43,167 bases of DNA from a virus. Taxonomy: Duplodnaviria > Caudoviricetes. The translations under genes were made by a program, and so were the position numbers. The stretch is taken from IMG/VR virus record IMGVR_UViG_3300025381_000028, positions 1 to 43,167 of that record. One strand, 5' to 3'. The notes beneath the pieces are model-generated. The model had not been told where the DNA came from and searched no databases. It saw only the letters and a list, made by a program, of their open reading frames with translations. The stretch's first letter is position 1. Every line of letters starts with the position of its first letter. Below, one piece after another: positions 18,017-23,988 of this stretch.

Positions 18017-19021
18017 ATGTATAAGTTTAAGAGTACTGAAGTAGAACTTGATTATGATGATGTTTTGATTTGTCCTAATTATAGGTCGCATATTAATTCT
18101 AGATCAGAAGTTAGTCTTGTAAAGAAGTTTACATTTAAGCATTCTGGTTTTTGTTATGAAACTGTTCCAATTATTGCTGCTAATATGAATGGTATTGGAA
18201 CAAAGCATATGGCTGAAGCAATGGCTTATCATACTTGTATGGTAGCTTATACTAAGACAGTTTCTCCAAATGCGTACTCTTACAATAATACTTTTTATAC
18301 TATTGGTGTCAATGAAGCTTTAACTGATATTCTTAATAAGACACCAAATTTTATCAATGTTGATATTGCAAATGGACATATGATTGCTCTTCTTAATAGA
18401 GTAAGAGAACTCCGTCAGCTATTTCCCATGTCAGTTATTATGGCTGGAAATGTTGTCAGCGGATATATGACCACTCAGCTTATTGATGCTGGAGCAGATA
18501 TTGTAAAGGTTGGTATTGGCCCTGGTTCAGTATGTACGACTCGTCTCAAGACTGGAGTCGGTCGACCACAACTTAGTGCTATTGCTGAATGTGCTGAAGC
18601 TGCTCAAAAGATGGGCGCTCATATTTGTGCTGATGGTGGATGCAAGAATCCCGGTGATGTCTCAAAGGCCCTTGCTGCTGGTGCTGACTTTGTAATGCTC
18701 GGTGGTATGCTTGCTGGTCATGAAGAAGGACTTGATGATCTTACTTCTGAAATGGTTTGGAATGCTAAAATCAAAGAATATGAAATTCATTTTTATGGAT
18801 CTTCTTCTAAACAAGCAATGGGCACTGTTGCAGAATATAGAACTGATGAAGGCAAGACAGTAAAGATTAAATATAGAGGTTCTGTAAAGAATACTATGCA
18901 AGATATTCTTGGCGGTGTTCGTTCAGCATGCTCTTATGTTGGTGCAAGTAATCTTGAAGAATTTAGGTATGCAACTGTTTTTGTAAGAGTAAATAATACA
19001 CATAATAGGGTTTTTGGTTAA
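18017..19021 (+). CDS. guaC: GMP reductase
   Basis: [66 protein letters not shown]; no CBS domains. Confidence 0.92.
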   Translation: MYKFKSTEVELDYDDVLICPNYRSHINSRSEVSLVKKFTFKHSGFCYETVPIIAANMNGIGTKHMAEAMAYHTCMVAYTKTVSPNAYSYNNTFYTIGVNEALTDILNKTPNFINVDIANGHMIALLNRVRELRQLFPMSVIMAGNVVSGYMTTQLIDAGADIVKVGIGPGSVCTTRLKTGVGRPQLSAIAECAEAAQKMGAHICADGGCKNPGDVSKALAAGADFVMLGGMLAGHEEGLDDLTSEMVWNAKIKEYEIHFYGSSSKQAMGTVAEYRTDEGKTVKIKYRGSVKNTMQDILGGVRSACSYVGASNLEEFRYATVFVRVNNTHNRVFG

Positions 19022-19029
19022 AATAACTA

Positions 19030-19058
19030 TTGACATTTAATTACAAATATATTATATT
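19030..19058 (+). promoter_or_regulatory. Sigma70-like promoter
   Basis: TTGACA-N17-TATATT. Confidence 0.7.
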
Positions 19059-19069
19059 AAGGATATACA

Positions 19070-19225
19070 ATGCAAACACTTTCAAAGGTTGTACAAATCT
19101 GGAATCTGAAAGCTAAGCTTCAAGAAATGGTAGATATGGGTGCACCACCAAAAGAAATTGAAAAGCTAGAAGAAGATATTATATCTCTTCAAACTGATAA
19201 TCTAAGTATTTTTGACGAAGACTAA
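19070..19225 (+). CDS. Small hypothetical protein (51 aa, not in ORF track)
   Basis: AAGGA SD; MQTLSKVVQIWNLKAKLQEM...IFDED. Confidence 0.65.
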   Translation: MQTLSKVVQIWNLKAKLQEMVDMGAPPKEIEKLEEDIISLQTDNLSIFDED

Positions 19226-19228
19226 ATA
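19221..19228 (+). promoter_or_regulatory. Late promoter variant preceding RNA cluster
   Basis: ACTAAATA 3 nt before the structured RNA; same variant occurs at 28776-28783. Confidence 0.55.
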
Positions 19229-19231
19229 GAA

Positions 19232-19396
19232 TTGCTGGGTCCGAGGCGAAGATCGCAAGACCCTAACTACCGAGGGATAGCAGCACCCTAGCAATAGTGC
19301 ACCGCACTGATAAGGCGGGAGTGGCGCAACCACGAAGGCACAGTCTAGGGGGACAGGTTCCGACTAGTCCTTAAACGTGATGGTAGTACCCAGCAA
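19232..19396 (+). ncRNA. Unidentified ~165-nt structured RNA
   Basis: GC-rich, non-coding; closed by TTGCTGGGT/ACCCAGCAA; inner ACTACC/GGTAGT; several hairpins; ends 3 nt before a tRNA. Confidence 0.75.
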
Positions 19397-19399
19397 CAT

Positions 19400-19490
19400 A
19401 GCGAGATGGCAGAGTGGCTGAATGCGGCGGTCTTGAAAACCGTTCTGGGTGATGAGCCCAGCGGGGGTTCAAATCCCTCTCTCGCTGCCA
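19400..19490 (+). tRNA. tRNA-Ser(UGA), second and divergent copy
   Basis: AGCGAGA/TCTCGCT acceptor, GCGGT-CTTGAAA-ACCGT, long variable arm, G73, CCA. Confidence 0.92.
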
Positions 19491-19495
19491 ATTAT

Positions 19496-19576
19496 CGGAG
19501 GCAGGCTGCGTGGAGCAGGAGGTAGGAGTCCATACCTACATATCTCAAGTCTGGTTCAAATCCAGGACCTCCGCCA
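19496..19576 (+). tRNA. Aberrant tRNA-like RNA (anticodon ambiguous, CCA or CAT)
   Basis: Good T-arm TCTGG-TTCAAAT-CCAGG and terminal CCA, but short acceptor stem and 8-nt anticodon loop GTAGG-AGTCCATA-CCTAC. Confidence 0.6.
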
Positions 19577-19583
19577 ATATTAT

Positions 19584-19703
19584 GTCAGTGGAGCCCATGT
19601 AGTCATGGGATTGGATTTAAGGTTGCGTCAAAGTGTGTGAGTCGGGAACCCTAGCATGTCACACCCCAAACTATCCGGGTCTACGTCCGGACCACTGGCG
19701 CCA
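19584..19703 (+). ncRNA. 120-nt tRNA-like RNA with expanded central domain
   Basis: 8-bp acceptor GTCAGTGG/CCACTGGC + G + CCA; 6-bp/4-nt D-arm; TCCGG/CCGGA T-like arm; no canonical anticodon arm. Confidence 0.7.
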
Positions 19704-19705
19704 TA

Positions 19706-19713
19706 TATAAATA
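19706..19713 (+). promoter_or_regulatory. T4-type late promoter for tmRNA
   Basis: TATAAATA. Confidence 0.75.
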
Positions 19714-19714
19714 A

Positions 19715-20036
19715 GTTTGTCTGTTGATCCAGACCAACATCTATTCGGACCGGGGTGCGAATCCCCGCGCCTCCACCATAAACACATTGGTTGCTTGCTA
19801 CTACTTGGAAGAGAGCGAGCTTAGTAAGGTAGAAGCCAAGAATCTACACCAATGTGTTTATGATGGGGGCGACCTAGATTTCGACGGATAGGAAGAGGCG
19901 AGAGTAGGACACGGTAAGGAACGACCGCAAATTAGTCCAAAAAACGTAAATGCCAACGATAACGGTGTAATGGAGTATGCTCTAGCAGCATAATTTCCGG
20001 GGTGGGCAACCGACCTAGCAACAGAACTGGTTGCAC
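19715..20036 (+). ncRNA. ssrA: Circularly permuted two-piece tmRNA
   Basis: Acceptor piece ends CGCCTCC-A-CCA at 19778; intervening 19779-19864; coding piece starts GGGGGCG at 19865 (G3:U70); tag ANDNGVMEYALAA* at 19952-19993; outer ends approximate. Confidence 0.93.
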
Positions 20037-20099
20037 TTTAATATATAGATGGTAGCATTTTGCTACACTCACACACAAACACTCACAAAGGAACTACCT

Positions 20100-20357
20100 A
20101 TGGCACTAACACCCTATGAAATCCGTCTTGAACTTCTTAAGATGGCAAAGGATCTTCTCGTAGAAGAATATCATTCTCAAAAGTCTGCATTAGAACAAGA
20201 ATGGTACAGCAAGACTGAAGTTGAAAAGCATTCTATGCATGAAGGCAAGCCTTATATCTTGCCAGAATATCCAAAGATGCCCGATTATCCTACAGAAAAG
20301 GATATTATGAAGAAGGCTAAGCATCTTAATGGATTTATTTCAAACCAAAAAGATTAA
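20100..20357 (+). CDS. Conserved hypothetical T4-like phage protein
   Basis: AAGGA SD; TPYEIRLELLKMAKD...YPTEKDI...LNGFIS pattern. Confidence 0.8.
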   Translation: MALTPYEIRLELLKMAKDLLVEEYHSQKSALEQEWYSKTEVEKHSMHEGKPYILPEYPKMPDYPTEKDIMKKAKHLNGFISNQKD

Positions 20358-20362
20358 TTTTA

Positions 20363-20401
20363 TATAAATAGTAGATGTCATGGTTAATAGCCATGACATC
20401 T
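20363..20401 (+). promoter_or_regulatory. Late promoter followed by strong leader hairpin
   Basis: TATAAATA 20363-20370; AGATGTCATGG...CCATGACATCT 20373-20401. Confidence 0.7.
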
Positions 20402-20417
20402 TTACAATGGAGTTATT

Positions 20418-20750
20418 ATGAAGAAAACTAGTTTAAATAATTTTGATGGCAAGCTAATTTCAAAAAATGAAGCATTTGCTATTCAAAGTGAAGACTATCT
20501 GTCGAAGCTAGTCGCGAATAAAGTTTATGTATCGCCTCTACAGAATGTCAGAGGCAACATTGAAAGTAGTACCAGTCAGGAAAATATTATTATCATTCTT
20601 GAAGGTATGGGATCAATGGAGGTTAATGGTTCTAGAGTTCCAGTGAATGCTGGAGATGTTCTTCTTCTCAAGAAGAACGATGTCTATACTTTGAGTAATG
20701 ATACTCTAGATACCGTGTTACAATTTGTTTCAGTATTTCCCAAGAAATGA
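20418..20750 (+). CDS. Cupin-domain protein
   Basis: ExxxILEGMGSMEVNG...VNAGDVLL...N; metal-binding His residues absent. Confidence 0.75.
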   Translation: MKKTSLNNFDGKLISKNEAFAIQSEDYLSKLVANKVYVSPLQNVRGNIESSTSQENIIIILEGMGSMEVNGSRVPVNAGDVLLLKKNDVYTLSNDTLDTVLQFVSVFPKK

Positions 20751-20781
20751 ATTGACTTCCTCCTAAAAAGGAGAAGCCAAT

Positions 20782-21330
20782 ATGGTTTTAAAGAAAGACT
20801 ACACGATAGAGGCGTTTACGCTTTTATTCGTTATATTCTGTACTTTGATGACTTTTTATCGTCCAATACAACACCCTGTGCTGGTAGAAAAACCAGTTTA
20901 CATACAAACCCCGCCTAAAGTGGTTTATATATCTCTTAAAGAAAGAGACTGCTTAGCAAACGCAGTATATTATGAGGCGGGCAATCAATCTGAGCTCGGA
21001 ATGAAAGCAGTGGCTCACGTGATTGTTAATAGAACTAAAAGTAATCTTTTCCCAAATACAGCATGTGCTGTAGTAAAGCAAAGATACAACCATCACTGTC
21101 AGTTCTCGTATGTGTGCTTTGGAAAATTAAGAAAACCTGATCCAACGATTTACACTAAAAGTAAATCGGCGGCTGAGGAAGTATTAAAAGGAGAAAAAGA
21201 CTTTACGAAGAACTCATTGTATTATCATGCGTCATATGTAAATCCACAATGGCATAGATACCATTATGCCATGACGATTGGACAACATATGTTTTATAAT
21301 TTAACAGGAACAAAGTATGGCTACAACTAA
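20782..21330 (+). CDS. SleB-like cell wall hydrolase (Hydrolase_2) with N-terminal membrane anchor
   Basis: CLANAVYYEA, VAHVIVNR, FPNTAC, CQFS, YYHA, IGQHMFY. Confidence 0.92.
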   Translation: MVLKKDYTIEAFTLLFVIFCTLMTFYRPIQHPVLVEKPVYIQTPPKVVYISLKERDCLANAVYYEAGNQSELGMKAVAHVIVNRTKSNLFPNTACAVVKQRYNHHCQFSYVCFGKLRKPDPTIYTKSKSAAEEVLKGEKDFTKNSLYYHASYVNPQWHRYHYAMTIGQHMFYNLTGTKYGYN

Positions 21331-21550
21331 CAAGAATAAGTCAAAAGAGTTTTTTGAACATATAGAAGCATTAGTTTGGAAACACGATATTGAATATATC
21401 GATGCTATTGTTATGTACTGTGAAAAGAATAATATTGAACTTGAAAGTATCGGTCCACTGATTAAAAATAATGAAGTCATGAAGGGTAAGGTCCAGATTG
21501 AATTTGAGAATCTTAACTTCTTGCCAAAGACTGCGCGATTAGATATGTAA
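21317..21550 (+). CDS. gp33: Late transcription coactivator
   Basis: YIDAIVMYCEKNNIELE...LNFLP; directly upstream of 59. Confidence 0.88.
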   Translation: MATTNKNKSKEFFEHIEALVWKHDIEYIDAIVMYCEKNNIELESIGPLIKNNEVMKGKVQIEFENLNFLPKTARLDM

Positions 21551-22131
21551 TGGAAGCATTTGAAGCTTATACACTATATCTAGCTCTAAAGCGACATTTC
21601 ACACCCAATAGTGGGTATGACTATTTCAAATATAATGGTAAAACTAATGCTTCTAAAAAAGCTTTAGAGACTAGAAAAGATAGATACTTCTTTCACAAAC
21701 TATCAAAGAAAGCCGATCCATTATATTTTTTGGTTGCAAACTTTATTGAATATGGACACAATATATGGATCGGCGATCTTGTCAATGATAGTAAATATGA
21801 TGACGCATATAATGATTGGTTGAAGAAAAAGGAATCAATATCCTATATTTTTTCACAAGAGTTATCTCAACTTGATGATGATTTAGATAAAAATCTAAAA
21901 ATTGAAGATGGACAATATCCACATCTCTTGACTTTATATTTGAGAAAAAAGATCTGTATAGAAACACTGATACTACTTAATTGCGTATTAACCTTTTTAC
22001 CGAAATGGCAGAAAGAAATTACTGATACCTCACTTTGGCCAGATATATATAATACAGTATTAAAATACTCAAGATTTGTAGATTATGACTTTTTCAAAAT
22101 TAAAAACATTATAAAGGATAGATTTTTATGA
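21550..22131 (+). CDS. gp59: Helicase loader
   Basis: YLALKRHFT..YDYFKYNGK, RKDRYFFHKL, IETLILL. Confidence 0.92.
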   Translation: MEAFEAYTLYLALKRHFTPNSGYDYFKYNGKTNASKKALETRKDRYFFHKLSKKADPLYFLVANFIEYGHNIWIGDLVNDSKYDDAYNDWLKKKESISYIFSQELSQLDDDLDKNLKIEDGQYPHLLTLYLRKKICIETLILLNCVLTFLPKWQKEITDTSLWPDIYNTVLKYSRFVDYDFFKIKNIIKDRFL

Positions 22132-22880
22132 GTTGGATAGATTATGCAAATGAACACGGATTACTCTTTGAGAGTCTAATTTCTTTAAACAAGTATAAGA
22201 CAGTAGTTGAAGTTGGTACAGCATATGCCGCAACTACAAAGTTTTTATGTGCTGGTGCTCAAAAGACTGGTGGTCACGTACACTGTTTTGATCTTTGGGC
22301 TACTCACGGTCTTAATGACCAATTCCATGCATTTTCTTCAAAGGAAGAATGTCAAAGATATTTGACTTCTGAAGAGTTTGATAATTTTACTCTGACTCAG
22401 ATGGATTCTACTTCTCAAGAATTTAGAAATGCGATAGAAGCACTTCCTACAATTGATTTTGCTTTTATTGATGGTTGCCATTCTTATGATGGCGTTCTTA
22501 ATGACTTTAGTGTAATTTATCCAAAGCTATCTGAAGTAGGTACAATTGTATTCCATGATACACTTAGAATTGATGGTTGTCGGGAATTTATGATTGATCT
22601 TAGAACTAAGTTCTTTGATGGTACCTTTGATGTGATAGATATTCCGCATGGTAATGGTGATCGTAGATGTGGCATTTCAATTCTTGCTAAGCGTACATTC
22701 CCAATTGTAGATATGCCATGTGATGAAATCTGTAATCTTGAAAATAGATTAGAAGAAATTTATCAAAAGGAACAAGATTGGTTTAGTAAAGAAGTTGAAA
22801 CCTATCATACAAATATTGTTCCAGTTATTGCACCTAAGCCACCACGGCCAAAGAAATATCTCACATTTAATACTTTATAA
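22128..22880 (+). CDS. Class I SAM-dependent methyltransferase (Methyltransf_24-like)
   Basis: VEVGTAYA, CFDLW, FIDGCHSYDGVLNDF, IVFHD. Confidence 0.85.
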   Translation: MSWIDYANEHGLLFESLISLNKYKTVVEVGTAYAATTKFLCAGAQKTGGHVHCFDLWATHGLNDQFHAFSSKEECQRYLTSEEFDNFTLTQMDSTSQEFRNAIEALPTIDFAFIDGCHSYDGVLNDFSVIYPKLSEVGTIVFHDTLRIDGCREFMIDLRTKFFDGTFDVIDIPHGNGDRRCGISILAKRTFPIVDMPCDEICNLENRLEEIYQKEQDWFSKEVETYHTNIVPVIAPKPPRPKKYLTFNTL

Positions 22881-22909
22881 TTGACATTAATTAGTGAATA
22901 TTTTAATAT
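22881..22909 (+). promoter_or_regulatory. Sigma70-like promoter for tRNA-Gly/gene 32
   Basis: TTGACA-N17-TAATAT. Confidence 0.7.
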
Positions 22910-22920
22910 ATAACTATGTT

Positions 22921-22993
22921 GCGGTATTTCTCCTGGGAGAGGACTCAGCCTTCCAAGCTGACGGAACCGGTTCGAATCCGATATACCGCTCCA
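22921..22993 (+). tRNA. tRNA-Gly(UCC) with atypical D-arm
   Basis: GCGGTAT/ATACCGC acceptor, U73, CCA; TCAGC-CTTCCAA-GCTGA; GGTTCGAATCC. Confidence 0.88.
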
Positions 22994-23038
22994 AATCATA
23001 CACTGCTCATACAACAAACATATAAGGAAATACATACA

Positions 23039-23956
23039 ATGCCTCAAGATTTTGCATCACTAAAGCGTTCGAGCGACTCTTCTCTTTCTAAGCTCACTAA
23101 GGAGCTTGAAAAGATCGGCGCTCCTAATACTAAGGCTTCTGATGAAGACCGTTTCTGGAAGCCAGAAGTAGATAAGGCCGGTAACGGTTCAGCTACAATC
23201 CGCTTCCTTCCGGCTCCTTCTGGAGAAGATCTGCCCTTCATTAGAATCTGGGATCATGGATTCCAGGGTCCTACTGGTAAGTGGTATATTGAAAACTCCC
23301 TGACTACAATTAATCAGCCTGACCCTGTTGCAGAATATAATTCTCAACTGTGGAATATCTCGGATGATGATAATTCTCCGACACGTAAGCAAGCTCGCGA
23401 TCAAAAGCGGCGCCTGCATTTTATTTCTAATATTCTGGTTGTCAAGGATCCTGCTCATCCTGAAAATGAAGGAAAGGTATTCCTTTATAAGTATGGTAAG
23501 AAGATCTTTGATAAGATCAAGGATCTGATGCATCCTCAATTTGAAGATGAAGAAGCCATTGATCCTTTCAATATGTGGACTGGCGCAAACTTCAAGCTTA
23601 AGATTCGTAAGTTTGAAGGCTATCGCAACTATGATAAGTCTGAATTTTCTCCTGCAAGTGCAATTTCAGATGATGATTCTGAACTTGAAAAGATCTGGAA
23701 TAAGTGTTATTCTCTGAACACTTTCCTTGATCCTAGTAACTTCAAGTCTTATGATGATCTCAAGACTAAGCTTAATCTTGTTCTTGATTTGAATAAGGAT
23801 CAACCTAGGCAAGCTCTGCCTACTGCATCTGCTCCTAAGATTAGAGAAAAGGCAGTCGAAAGTCTTCCTGAATCCTCAACACCACCTTGGTCTGTAGAGG
23901 AAGATGAAGATATGTCTTACTTTGCAAAACTTAAGGCGATTGCTGAAGAAGACTAA
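23039..23956 (+). CDS. gp32: Single-stranded DNA-binding protein
   Basis: DRFWKP, IRFLP, HGFQG..GKWYIEN, YGKKIFDKI, GANFKLK, NYDKSEF, acidic tail; start ATG 23039 after TAAGGA. Confidence 0.97.
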   Translation: MPQDFASLKRSSDSSLSKLTKELEKIGAPNTKASDEDRFWKPEVDKAGNGSATIRFLPAPSGEDLPFIRIWDHGFQGPTGKWYIENSLTTINQPDPVAEYNSQLWNISDDDNSPTRKQARDQKRRLHFISNILVVKDPAHPENEGKVFLYKYGKKIFDKIKDLMHPQFEDEEAIDPFNMWTGANFKLKIRKFEGYRNYDKSEFSPASAISDDDSELEKIWNKCYSLNTFLDPSNFKSYDDLKTKLNLVLDLNKDQPRQALPTASAPKIREKAVESLPESSTPPWSVEEDEDMSYFAKLKAIAEED

Positions 23957-23959
23957 GAG

Positions 23960-23988
23960 AAAAGGGGAGCGAAAGCTCCCCTTTTTTT
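23960..23988. terminator. Bidirectional terminator
   Basis: AAAAGGGGAGC-gaaa-GCTCCCCTTTTTTT between convergent genes. Confidence 0.9.

Noticed and set aside
18017-19021. IMP dehydrogenase (guaB) call
   Set aside because: N-terminal SRSEV/FTFKHS/AANM and C-terminal motifs match GMP reductase; no CBS pair
19302-19340. Hammerhead ribozyme core suggested by CTGATAAG...CGAAG
   Set aside because: Does not match CUGANGA/GAAA, and the CTGA lies in a hairpin loop rather than a junction
19449-19640. 63-aa ORF in the RNA cluster
   Set aside because: Runs across tRNA-Ser and two tRNA-like RNAs; no SD or protein-like features
19584-19703. Functional tRNA-Sec call
   Set aside because: No UCA anticodon in a 7-nt loop and T-loop lacks TTC; no sel genes in window
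19287-20020. CCTAGCA recurring in three RNAs of the cluster
   Set aside because: Only 7 nt, in different structural contexts; insufficient to claim a shared motif
22916-23038. 41-aa N-terminal extension of gp32 in the ORF track
   Set aside because: It is the translation of the tRNA-Gly gene and leader; the real start with SD is ATG 23039
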